Of a stretch of 40,236 nt of DNA, positions 24,701-36,121 are shown piece by piece. The notes under the pieces are model-generated. The model was given only the letters and a program-made list of their open reading frames with translations, did not search any database and had not been told where the DNA came from. A program made the translations under genes and the position numbers. Within the stretch, counting starts at the first letter, position 1; each line of letters begins with the position of its first letter. The stretch covers positions 369,925-410,160 of the forward strand of contig MU057847.1 in assembly GCA_013265495.1 (NCBI GenBank), in the 5' to 3' direction. This DNA comes from Vicugna vicugna (taxonomy: Eukaryota).

Positions 24701-24913
24701 CACCACTTGGATTGCAGATTTTCAAAGAGTTGCACATTGTAAATTAACCCTCAATGATTTGACAGTAATTAAACGGAAAACACATTTCAATTGTAAGTAT
24801 TCTCTGGCTGACGTCAAGGATGCAGAACAGTCCTTTCCCACAATCTATTTTCTGCTTCAGCTTAGTTTCTATGCATCAATGATTTAAATTTTAATGAAAT
24901 CCTGTTCTCTTAC

Positions 24914-25046
24914 CTATGCTCATCGCTTGACTCCAATTACTCCAGAGTTTGTCATCCTCATAGCATAATTTATTTGTTTTGACTCTTATTCTGACCGTGT
25001 TCAAAGTATCAGGAAGAACACCAGGGACCATGAAACAAATTGTACC
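24914..25046 (-). CDS. IL13RA1: IL13RA1 coding exon 8 (133 nt) with WSXWS motif
   Basis: tctaag|GGT ACA...ATA G|gtaaga; GTICFMVPGVLPDTLNTVRIRVKTNKLCYEDDKLWSNWSQAMSI. Confidence 0.98.
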
Positions 25047-25312
25047 CTTAGATATAAAATAAAAACACACAAGGAACATTACCAGTTTAATCTCTTTCTC
25101 TGCTTCTGAATCCTAAATATAATTATCTGCCAAATTCTGTATATGATTAAGACTTTGGGTTATAATACAAATTATCTGACTTTAACTCCTGAAAAAGAAA
25201 ATTGGAAATAATCCACAGAACAAAGTAGTTCAAATTTAGGATATGCTCACCCTGCCCACCCTCAACTGCTCTATGAGTTTAAGCCCAAATAGCTAAAGTT
25301 GAATTCACTGAC

Positions 25313-25360
25313 CTCAAGGTTTCCTTCAAGTTCTGAATTCTGACATTTGGTCTCCTCAAC
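25313..25360 (-). CDS. IL13RA1: IL13RA1 coding exon 7 (48 nt)
   Basis: ttcaag|GTT GAG...CTT GAG|gtcagt; VEETKCQNSELEGNLE vs human VQEAKCENPEFERNVE; not in the ORF track, read by hand. Confidence 0.96.
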
Positions 25361-25469
25361 CTTGAACATAGAAAAAATGAATAAATTGAAAAATTTAAAA
25401 AGACCACATTTTATATCATGTAACCATTTTAACAAGTTTTCTTATCCCATTAACAGAGGACCAGGCGCA

Positions 25470-26760
25470 GTGAAAAAAGGTTGGTTTTTTTTTTTAATAA
25501 GTGGTGCTAGGTCAATTACATATCCATATGTGCAAAAAAAAAATAACTTGACCCCTACCTCATACTATTTACAAAGTCAATTCCATATGGATTGCAGATC
25601 TAAATGTAAAAGTTAAAATAAATAAATAATGAAATGAACAAACAATTATATAAATATAGCAAGCTCTTAGATGAAAACACAGAACATCTTCATGACCTTA
25701 ACTCAGGAGAAGACTTCTTAAATAGGACTAAAAAATATTAACCATAAGGGAAAATTCTTTATAAAATCATCTATATTAAAATTAAAAACTTCTTCTGTTC
25801 ATCAAAAGATATTCTATTAAGGAAATTAAAAGGTAATGCATAGAGAGAAGAAATCTGCAATTTCTGACAAAGGACTTGCATATACACATTATAATATATA
25901 TTTATATATAATACTCACACATATATATATCCTCTAAATTAATAAGGAAAAGTTAGATAACCCAATAGAAAAACTGGCAAAAGACTTGAACAGACATTTC
26001 ACAAGAGAATATTCAAATTGCCAATAAACATATGAAAAAGTGTTCAACTTCATTAGTCATCAGGGAAATGCATATTAAATCCACAAAGTAAAAATACACA
26101 TACCTACCAGACAATACCAAGTGTTGGTGAGGATTTGAAGCGTCTAGCACTCTCAACTTCTGCTCTTAGTAGTGTAAGCTGGCACAACCATTTGGGAAAA
26201 CTGCTATTGTGTACCAGAGACAATCATATGTAACCCTATGACCCATACATGCCCAACAGAAATGTACACACACATGCACCAAGAGACAAGTATGCAAATG
26301 TTCATAAAAACTCTTATTCATAAAGCTCCAAACTGGAAACTATCCAAATGTCCACCAATGGGAGGATGGATAAATCAAATGTAGTATATTGACAGGATGG
26401 AATGAATGCAATGAGAGTGAACCATCTACGACTACAGGCAACAATATCAGTGAATCTCATAAACATAACATTGAGTGAAGGCAGACACACAAAAAAGTAA
26501 ATTCTGTGTAATTCATTTATATAAAGTTTCAAAAGAGGCAGCAAAACCAATTTTTGGGATTAGAAGTCAGGATAATAGTTGCTCTTTGGGAGAGTGGTGA
26601 CCAAAAGGAGCCATGATTGAGCTTCTGGGATGCTAGTTATGCAAGTGAAAAATTGTTTGTGAAAATCATTTATGAAAAATCACTGAGCTGTACATAATGA
26701 CTTGTGCAATTTTTCTATAGTATACTATACATCAATAGAAAGTTAAAAAAGAAAAATATA
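25470..26760 (+). mobile_element. Ancient L1 (L1ME/MD) ORF2 3' part and 3' UTR
   Basis: ataagtggtgctaggtcaatt...ggcaaaagacttgaacagacatttcac...aaactggaaactatccaaatgtcc. Confidence 0.9.
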
Positions 26761-26946
26761 CTCCCTTGTTGAGAGTATAATATATTAAAAAATGACTGGG
26801 TTAGAGAAAAAGGAAAATGCAAAATTCTCCTCTACACAATTTAAGTCACTTGCTGTCTGATGTAAGGAGAATAACCAGTTCTTAAAATGTAAATGTCTCA
26901 AAATCAACACATGGAAACTTGTTGCTTCATTTAAATCGTCTACTTC

Positions 26947-27695
26947 TGGCCAACAGGTTCATGAAAAGATGTTCAACATTATTAATCATCAGGGAAATGC
27001 AAATTAAAACCACAATGAGATATCATCTCATATTTGTTAGAATGGCTATCATCAAAAAGATGAGATAACAAGTGCTGGAGAGGATATTGAGAAAAGGAAA
27101 CCCTCGTGCACTGTTTGTAGGAATGTAAACTGTGCAGCCACTATGGAAAACAGTATGGAGGGTCCTCAAAAAACTAAAAATAGTACCACCCTATGATTCA
27201 GCAATCCCAAAGAAATCCTGCCATTTGTGACAACATGGGTGAAACCTGAGGGCGTTATGATAAGTGAAATAAATCAGACAGAGAAAGGCAAATACTGTAT
27301 GATCTCACTTATATGTGGAATCCAAAAAAGTCAAATTCATTGAAGTGAAGAGAGTAGAATGGTAATTGCTAGAGGCTGGGGAGCAGGGAAAATGGGAAGA
27401 TGTTGGTCAAGGGCACAAACTTCCAGTTATAAATTCTGAGGATCTAATAAACAGCATGATGATTACAATATGGAATACCTCTCTTTGCTAAGAGAGATCT
27501 TAAGTGTTCTCACCACACACACAAAAAAGGTAAGTATGTGAGGTTGTGAATGTGTTAATTACCTTGGTTGTGATAATCATCTCACAATGTATATTAAATC
27601 ATCCCGTTGTACACCTTAAAATAGTCACACTGTATAACCTAAATATATAAAATTTTTACTTGTCAATCAATTATACCTTAATAAAGAGGGAAAAA
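26947..27695 (+). mobile_element. L1MA9-like 3' end with an internal deletion
   Basis: tggccaacaggttcatgaaaagatgttcaacat...gaaatcctgccatttgtgacaacatgg...ttataccttaataaag. Confidence 0.9.
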
Positions 27696-27993
27696 ATAGT
27701 CAACCTTTATCAAAGAGATGTTTAAACATGGGACAAAGACCAGAACCCACACTGTGATCTTTGGCATTCAATGTCATTCACTAAATGGTTCCTCCCTGCA
27801 TTTGTGGAGAGCTGAGAGGCCAGCTGAGTGAAGAAGAGCCATCCTATCACTGTTTCACATGGGGGCAGAGAGAAGCCACTCAGGGGCTACTGAACCCCAC
27901 TGCTGGCCATTTGGAATCAGCGGTCTGCTGGGGAATCACAAGCGTCAATTACCACTTGAGGGACCAGGTTGCAGACTGATGTTCCCCCTCTCC

Positions 27994-28070
27994 TAGATAG
28001 ATAGATAGATAGATAGATAGATATAGAGATACAGATACAGATAGAGATACAGATACAGATACAGATATAG
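27994..28070 (+). repeat. Compound (TAGA)n/(GATACA)n microsatellite
   Basis: Directly visible. Confidence 0.95.
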
Positions 28071-28689
28071 TTTCATTCCACAGTCAGCAAATCAGTGTGC
28101 AAATTGATGGTTCTGGGCCCTTGTTCAAATGTAAATCCCCCTGTGTAATTTATCAGCTGCTCAGATACTTCCGTGAGAAAAGGAAAACAAGGGCACAGAT
28201 CACCAAGTAGATAGCTGGCGGAGATGGGGACGGGGGTGGTCAAAGACAGTCGTCCCTTCCTTAGTAATCCTGCCATGAACTACCTCCGACCACAGCCCCA
28301 TGTGATGGCACCAGTTCATGTTCCAGCCTACTTCCCCCTCTTAACTAGAATACCAGGCAAAATAATTCCTCAAAAAGTCTTGCAAAAAGAAAAAAAAAAG
28401 GGTCTAACCAGTAAAGCTCAAAATCAGTGAGCACACAAAAAGCTGATGACATTCTAGGGGAGGAAACAGTTGGTGAACATCTGCTAGGAGAGAGAACATT
28501 AAACTCAAGTGTATAAACAGAGTTAATTCCAAATCAACTATAGTTCTGACTTAGGTGAACAAATTCCATAATATATGTGTTCTCTCCAGTTCAGAAGTTT
28601 GTAAAAAAAAAAAAACGACAGCTCAATTTAACAAGAATTAAGTGATGACTGTGCACATGGTTTTATACCAAGTGTTCTCGGTCAAAGCT

Positions 28690-29150
28690 TAATCCATGGA
28701 GACCAACCTCTGAAGTCATACTTAAGTAACTTAATCTCGCTGAGCCTTAGTTTCTTAACAAAAGTAGGTTAAAAGAGAACCTATTCCGTGGATTATTATG
28801 CGCTACTGTATAAGGAGTACGTAGAAGAGTGTATTTGTAACACAACATAAGCAATAAGTGATGGCTGTTATTATTAAGAGGAAGTATTGAGGTGGTCCCC
28901 AAGGGTTAAGAAAAAGAGCTTTGGAGTCAGACTTTTGCTGGAATCATGACTCTATTACTTACTAGAAATGTGACCTTAGGAGTAACCTCTTAGACCGAGT
29001 TTTCTCATCTGTAAATGGAGACAAAACAATAGGACCTAGATTTTTGGGGTTATTGTGAGGACTAAATGAGACAATTCAGACAAAGTGCTCATTAAAATAC
29101 CTAACACATACTAATTGCTTAACACATGTTAGCCGCTATTAGTAGCAGGA
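28690..29150 (+). mobile_element. Two tandem MIR SINEs
   Basis: aacttaatctcgctgagccttagtttc; agagctttggagtcagac...gttttctcatctgtaaatggaga. Confidence 0.8.
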
Positions 29151-29689
29151 ACAGCACAAAGTAAACACCATCTAACTCCTCCCTACAGGAGCGTATATTT
29201 TTAGTAAAGAGAAACGGCCTACATACAAGATCAGGACAACCAGCAAGACATAATTCAGTGCCAAACGAGTAATACGAGCAGCATGTGTCTCAAGATTTCA
29301 GACCGAAGAGAGCAGTAAAGGCTGCTGCAGGCAAGTATATCTGGCTTTCCGATAGCTCACTTGGTTGTAAGTCCAATCCTCACTCTCTCCCCACTTGTAA
29401 GCCCTTTGCTTTTTCCCTTTGTGGTATTATTTGGGGACACTGGTTTCTGGTACAAATAATGATTATTCTATTTCTACAAATGGATTCATCTGCAAATGCC
29501 CAGAAGAGCTCTGTTCAGCTGTGGACCCGGTCATTCCCTCTGAAGTTACAGCCTGTCAATGCTGGCTTATTTTAGTTAAATAAAATAGTTTAGTTTTTGA
29601 AACTCCCATGATGAGCTAAAACAACTGCACCAAGGAATTTGCACGTGTGAGATGCAGGGCTCTTTTAAAAGCCAAAATAAAACACTTGG

Positions 29690-29915
29690 TTTCTAACTTC
29701 TGAAACTCAAATGCACACAGGGCACAGGCAGGTGGCACACAAGTGAGTGGCACAGTCCCCGTGGTCTTGAGGCGCCACCTTATGGCAACTACACCCTTAG
29801 GTACGGCAGTTTTAAATCTGGGCAAAAAATTCAAATTTAGTACATAAGCAAAGAACACCTCACTTTGTCTGTGGTCTAAACAAAATGTTTGAGGCTAGAG
29901 TTTGTGACTTCTATT
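29690..29915. mobile_element. MER45-like hAT-Tip100 element
   Basis: aaactcaaatgcacacagggcacaggcaggt...ctaaacaaaatg...agtttgtgacttct. Confidence 0.55.
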
Positions 29916-30129
29916 CTAAAGGGTAACAATGCGACTGATACCCTGACGTTTGGCCACATCCTATTATATTCTTTATGCCCAGTGCCCCATGGGGACCTCT
30001 AATTAGCATGTTTTAAATTAGATTCCAAATAGTGTAATTGCACATAACCCAAAAAATACCGACTATTCAAACTGGACTACTTTACTTGCCACAAATCCAA
30101 GAAAACTGAATGGCTGTACCAGAGCCTCC

Positions 30130-30570
30130 GTGTATCTACCTAATCTGACCCCAGCCTCCTGCTCAGACATCTCATCCTACTATATTTTGGTCATGCCAGT
30201 TTTCTGTTTCTAATACGTGCCAAGCTCATTCCTGCCTCAGAGTCTTTGTACATGCTGCCCCCTCTACCACCAGATCACCACACGGCTAGCTCCTGCTCAT
30301 CATTCTGGTCTCATCTCAAATATCATCACTTCAAATGACTACCCCACCTAATATTCCCTCAGGTCTTCCCATCGCCCTATCACAAGACCCCATTTAATTT
30401 CTTCATAGCATTCCTTCTCTAAAATTAGCTTGCTCACCTACACACTTATTTTCTAGCAGGTAAGCTTCCTGGGGAAAAAAATTTTTGTCAGGTGTCATGT
30501 GCACATAAAATAGTGCCTGGCACATGGTAGGCATGTAAAAACAATTTTGAGCAAATGAGGTAACGAATGG
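30130..30570 (+). mobile_element. L2 3' end
   Basis: gccaagctcattcctgcctcagagtctttgtacatgctg...tagtgcctggcacatggtaggc. Confidence 0.85.
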
Positions 30571-30766
30571 CTGGAATCTTGGAGCCAGTACTGACAAAAC
30601 CCTCAAGCCTACCCCCGTGCCCTATTTCAGAGAAGAAGTTTCATCACCATCATCAGGTGACAAATCTAAGAGCTATATTTCATTGATGTTTCAATTTATT
30701 ACACTGTAAGAAATTCAAGTGAAAGCAAAATATCCAAATAAAAACAACTATCCATGAAAAACTTAC

Positions 30767-30918
30767 GGAGAAAATATCATGCGTCTCAGCTTGGCTGTTA
30801 TTGACTTCTACTTGATAAGATAGGCATCTGCTATAAAAATTCTGTGGATTCTTCCATTGCACGTATAAGTCACCATTGTGGAAGGAGAGATTTTTAATAT
30901 GTGGAGGATCAGGTTTCA
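30767..30918 (-). CDS. IL13RA1: IL13RA1 coding exon 6 (152 nt), start of D3
   Basis: ctttcag|TG AAA CCT...TTC TCC|gtaagt; (V)KPDPPHIKNLSFHNGDLYVQWKNPQNFYSRCLSYQVEVNNSQAETHDIFS. Confidence 0.98.
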
Positions 30919-31359
30919 CTGAAAGATAGACATAGAAGAATACAAATTAGCTTCCAGCCTTTATTTTGATGAGATACACTTATGGGTAGAAACAATGAAG
31001 ATCACAAAGTTAGATCAAAATAGGGCTGATGCTTTTAATGGCCTTACATGATCAGACAAATAGTTCTAGAATTTCTGATTAGCCACGATTAATGTAGGAA
31101 GCTTATCTTAAATAGCCTAGGAAAATGGATCGAAAGCACATCTTCAGGGTGTCTGGCAGATGACACGAACTCTGACCTTATCTGGTTAGAACATGCCTGG
31201 GTTATAATCAGACATCTAACTGCAACAAGGAGGATAAAGAAAAGAAGTGTTTGGGTCCAGATGTGCCTCTGCCTGATGGGTAACAAGGGGCATCAGGCAC
31301 AAGGGGTTTCCCCAGCTGCCACTGACTTATCAAAGACCACAATTAAAAAACAGCCTAGT

Positions 31360-31705
31360 TTTTGTCACATGCTACAATATGGATGAACCTGGAGTACATT
31401 ATGCTAAATGAAATAAGCCCATCATAAAAGGCCAAATACTGCATGATTCTACTCATATGAGGGGTCTAAAGTAGTCAAAATCATAGAAACAGAAAGTAGG
31501 AAGGTGGTTACCAAGGGCTGGAGGAGGGGAAGGGGGGAGGGGAAATTAGTGTTTCATGGGCATGGAGTTTCAGTTTCACAAGATGAAAAAGTTCTACAGA
31601 TCTGCACAATGTGAATATACTGAACACTACTGAACTGTACACCTAAAAATGGTAAATTTAATGCTATATGATTATAACCACAATTAAAGAGAAAGTAAAA
31701 AAATT
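31360..31705 (+). mobile_element. L1MB-type 3' end
   Basis: tgtcacatgctacaatatggatgaacctggag...ataaccacaattaaa; AGCCTAGT repeated on both sides. Confidence 0.9.
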
Positions 31706-32022
31706 AGCCTAGTCAATTTAGTTTTTCGGGAGTCAACTATGCTTAGGACTGAGCAAGAAGAGAGAATGGATAATTAACAGAAAACAATTTGATGATGTCA
31801 TCTTCTAGCTGAGAAGGATCTCCCTTTATGTCAGCACTCATCTCCAGGAAGAAGAGTAGCAAAGTGAGCTTTAAAAGGTCCATTGAGGACAATCTGTCAA
31901 GTAAGGGGGAGGACAGAGAAGGGCTTTGCTTCAGATGATCCCACTTGGAAAGTTTCTGCAACCTCATTCCCCTGGCCTACAAACTAAGCTGCCTCTGGTC
32001 TGCTATTAGAACTCATTTCAGT

Positions 32023-32120
32023 GGGGAGGGTATAGTTCAGGGGTAGAGTGTGTGCTTAGCATGCGCCAGGTCCTGAGTTCAATCCCCAGTATCTCTATTC
32101 AACAACAACAGAAAAAACTG
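32023..32120 (+). mobile_element. tRNA(Ala)-derived SINE, camelid Vic-1 type
   Basis: ggggagggtatagttcaggggtagagtgtgtgcttagcatgcgccaggtcctgagttcaatccccagtatctct with A/B boxes, A-rich tail, degenerate TSD agaactcatttca/agaattcacttcc. Confidence 0.88.
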
Positions 32121-32289
32121 TAGTTCAGAATTCACTTCCATGATTGTCTGAAGGGGTGGTAAACAGTGTTCTGCTCTCAGAACTTGGGAGCTTTTGTCAA
32201 TTCACAGTTATTTGCCTATAAATATTTTGCATACCACTTAGCCAGAATCTGAGCTCCCTGCTGGGGTATTGCAACAAATAAACATAATG

Positions 32290-32830
32290 CTTATTATCAT
32301 AGTCTGCTTTAGAGATTTACAAAACGCTTTTAATCCGTCTCACATCATTTGGACCTAACAACAGTCCTTTGAGGTCAAGAGTGACTGTGTACTCCATTTT
32401 ACAGACGAGGAAGCACTTAAAAGAGAGTTTATATGCCTTGTCCAAAGTGAAGAAGCTGGGACCTCAAGCAGATATTTTGTTTTCAAGTCAAGGGCTCTTT
32501 CTAATAGGCCAAAACTCAGCTGCACTGGTTGTTCTGACTGATAAGTGCCTGGGTCACCCAGAATATCAGACAGTCTGAATATCACCACTGAACACTCCAC
32601 CTCCAGTCTAAGCTATTTCCAACTAAGAGACAGATTATTCAGGAACTAGATTCAATCACATTTATTCTGCAGCATATACTCATACTCTGGAGTGTAAGTA
32701 AAAGAGAATAGATCTTAAGAGTCAGAGAGCCTGGGTTCAAATCTTGGTCCTACAACTAACTGCTTGCTCTAAGTCTCAGCAAGTAAACCAGGATAAAACA
32801 TGTAGTGCATGTACTCAATAAATATTAGAA
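32290..32830. mobile_element. Two MIR fragments in opposite orientations
   Basis: ccattttacagacgaggaagcact; gagtcagagagcctgggttcaaatcttgg. Confidence 0.75.
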
Positions 32831-32999
32831 TTTCCAAGCTTGCTTCTTTAAAAAGGATCAAAGAAATATATACATACATATAGTCCTTTTTTCCTGGGAA
32901 GATCTTCAGACCAAAAATTATCATTTTTTATTGTTTGTATTGATGTTCAAAAGACCTAACACTTTTATCCACACAGTTGTAGAAGACTTTTAAACTTAC

Positions 33000-33187
33000 C
33001 ATGAGAAGTTAAAGGCACTATATTGAAGGAGGGTCTAATTTTTCCTGCATTATCCTTGACCATTATTTGGACACTTTGTTGTTCAAAACTGGAATCCTTC
33101 ACCTTACTCAGAACAAAAGAACAACCAATGTGTTGACCTTCTCTATGCATGTTTTCACACTGAAGAATTTTTCCCAGGCTGCTGTGC
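33000..33187 (-). CDS. IL13RA1: IL13RA1 coding exon 5 (188 nt), FnIII domain D2
   Basis: ttgtag|G CAC...CAT G|gtaagt; (W)HSSLGKILQCENMHREGQHIGCSFVLSKVKDSSFEQQSVQIMVKDNAGKIRPSFNIVPLTSH matches human HRSLEKIHQCENIFREGQYFGCSF...PLTSR. Confidence 0.98.
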
Positions 33188-33499
33188 CTACAAGATAAAA
33201 TGAGACAACCTTCTGCATTATTTTTAACAAAGTATTCCAGAAACAAAGATGGAAGTTTGTTTGTTTGTTTTCAAATGACTGAAGATGTCCATGAAAAGCT
33301 GTATTTGCAATCTGGCAGGATAGCTTTTTTAAAGCCCGATTTTATAATGTGGCTTTAGTTCATACTCTAGGAAGAAACAAGTCTTCCTTTTTGATGAATA
33401 CTGGTACTTTCAACAGCTATGGAAACTACTGGAGTCCTGACTCTCTGTCTTCTCTCCTCTCCTGTATAGGAGATGGTATGAGGTCAGGGTGAGAAGTTT

Positions 33500-34280
33500 G
33501 ATGCTTCCTGAAAATGCCTCATCTGCTGAATTCCATGGTTCTCCTCTGGTCCCTCTGCCTGCTCTGTCCTTGTTTTCTTGGCTTGCTCCTCTCCTTTCTC
33601 TACTTCTCAGAGGGCTCACATACAGTCCTCTGCCCTCTGTATATTTCTCTTTCTTACTCCCTCATCCATTTACCTGTTTATCACTTCCATCCCTTCACTG
33701 GAATTTCTACACTGAGGATTCCTAATCCTGACCTCTTGTTTGCTTTGGAGCTAGTCCCAGGTTTCCAACTGCTCCACTGAGTGTTCCACTCTTGCCTCAA
33801 ATTCAACATTCAAGACAAACACCCTTCTTCCCTGCCAAACTGCCTTTTCTTCTAACCTTCCCAATTTCCATCAGTCAGAGCTCATTTTCTCTGGGTTCCT
33901 CGATTAGAGCCTTGGAAATCACCCCTTCCCCTTCCATATATTCTATCACCAAATTCTGTTACTCCTTCCTTTGCAAAGCTTCTTGGATTCTCTCCTATGT
34001 TAGTCCTCTCACCCTGTTTCATGCTCGAATCACTTCAGGCTTGATGTCTTCTCCAGACTGACCTCTCTGGCCTTCATTATTAGTGTCTTCCAACCACTGC
34101 CAGATCAATGTTCCAGAACACAATGGCTTTCTAAGTGTCTTACTCTACCGTGTGACTCTAAATGCTGGTATCTTCTTTCCCATGAGAAACCTCTACATAT
34201 ACCGTCCCTGAGTGACCATCAGCACCTAGCACAGTGCAGGCAGACAGAATGTACTCACGGCACATTTTTGTCTAGGCTAT
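33500..34280 (+). mobile_element. Diverged L2 fragments
   Basis: CT-rich strand; ctcaaattcaacattcaaga, tcaccaaattctgtt, cagcacctagcacagtg. Confidence 0.7.
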
Positions 34281-34589
34281 CAAGGGCTCTGTTTTAATGA
34301 ACTGAGAGAAGACAGAGTCAAGCCTTACCTCATCAGTCACAATGGGAGTTGTGCAAAGGTTCTGAAGAAAAGGAAGACAATTTAGAAAATGAACTAAGAG
34401 TAAAGAGTCCCAAACCCTTGACCTGTTTACTTCACAATCATCTGTGGTCATTTTAAAAATGCAGATTCCTAAAAACCTCTCCCAGAGAATCCTACTTAGA
34501 AAGGTTTTGTCCAGGGGCTAGGAAGAAGCATTTTGAAAGCAGTTCTCCAGGGGGCTGTGCTGCAAATCAGGTCTTACAAATTTCAGATC

Positions 34590-36045
34590 CACTCCCATAA
34601 ATATAGTCAATTGATCTTTGACAAAGGAGCAAAGGAAATATAATGGAGCAAAGATAGTCTCTTCAACAAATGGTGCTGGAGCAACTGGACATCACATGCA
34701 AAAAAAAATGAACCTAGTCAAAAATTTTACACTCTTCAGAAAATTAAACTCACAGTGGATTACAGACCTAAATGTAAAATATAAAACTCATAGGAGAAAA
34801 CCTAGATGACCGTGGGTATGGTGATGACTTTAGATACAGCACCAAAGGCATGATCTATAAAAGAAATAATTGATAAGCTGGGATTCCTTAGAATTAAAAA
34901 CCTGGGCTCTGCAAAAGACAGTTTCAAGAGAATAAGAGAACAAACCACACATTGGGAGAAAATACTTACAAAAGGCACATCTGATAAAGGACTTATCCAA
35001 AATATATAAAGAACTCTTAAAACTCAACAATAAAACAACCCAACTAAAATATGGGCCAAAGATCTTCACAGACACTCCACCAAAGAAGATATATGGATGG
35101 CAAATAAGCATATGAAAAGATGCTCTTTATCATATGTCATCAGGAAAATGCAAATTAAAGCAACAAGATACCACTACACATCAATTAGAATGCCCAAAAT
35201 CCAGAATACTGACAACACCAAATGCTAACAAGGACATGGAGCAACAGGAACTCTCATTCATTACTGGTGGGAATACAAAACAGTACAGTAACTCTGGAAG
35301 ACAGTTTGGCAGTTTCTTACAGAACAAAACATATTCTTAACCATGATAATCAGCAATCATGCTCCTTGGTGATTACCTAAATGAGTTGAAAACTTATGTC
35401 CACACAAACACCTGCATACTAATGTTTACAGTAGCTTTATTCATCTTGCCAAAGCTTAGAAGCAACCAAGATGTCCTTCAGTAGGTAAATGAATAAAATT
35501 GTGGTACATCCAGGCAGTGAAATATTATTTAGCCCTAAAAAGAAATGAGCTATCAAACCCTGAAAAGACGTTGAGGAAGAACCTTAAATGCATATTACTA
35601 AGTGAAAGAAGTCAACCTGAAAACACTACATACTGTATGATTCCAACTACATGACATACTGGAAAACGCAAAACTATGGAGACAAAAAAAAAATCAGAGG
35701 TTGGGGTAGAGGAGAGATTAATTGGTGGAGCACAGAGGATTTTTAGGGCAATGAAAATATTCTGTATAATATAATGATGGATACATGTCATTATACATTT
35801 GTGCAAACCAATAGAACGTACAACACCCAGAGTGAGCCCTAATGTAAACTACGGACTTTGGGTGATTATGTGTCAGTGCAGCTTCATCAATTGTTACAAA
35901 TGCACCACTCTAGTGGGGAATGTTAATAATGGGGCAGGCTGGGCCTGCGTGGGGGCAGGGGTTTTTTGGAAAGTCTCTGTATCTTCCTCTCAATTTTGCT
36001 GTAAATCTAAAACTGCTATAAATAATGTCTTTTTTAAAAAAAGAA
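34590..36045 (+). mobile_element. L1MC1-like ORF2 3' region and 3' UTR
   Basis: ttgatctttgacaaaggagcaaagg...ttcaacaaatggtgctgg...gtgagccctaatgtaaactacggactttggg. Confidence 0.93.
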
Positions 36046-36121
36046 AACAAAAATTCACATCTAATGTATTTACTCCTTCACAGGCTGTGCAAAGAAATGC
36101 TTCAATATAAAAAATGCTCTT

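Noticed and set aside
27994..28070. CRISPR-like or designed repeat array
   Set aside because: Ordinary microsatellite with no spacers
32023..32100. tRNA-Ala gene
   Set aside because: Extra 5' GGGGAGG, broken stems, A-rich tail and TSD show a SINE
32920..32999. Intron 5 read-through (GKFKSLLQLCG*) with AATAAA at 32932-32927
   Set aside because: No supporting feature beyond the hexamer; it shows how often such signals occur by chance in these introns
34618..36110. ORFs resembling L1 ORF2
   Set aside because: Frameshifted pieces of a dead L1MC copy
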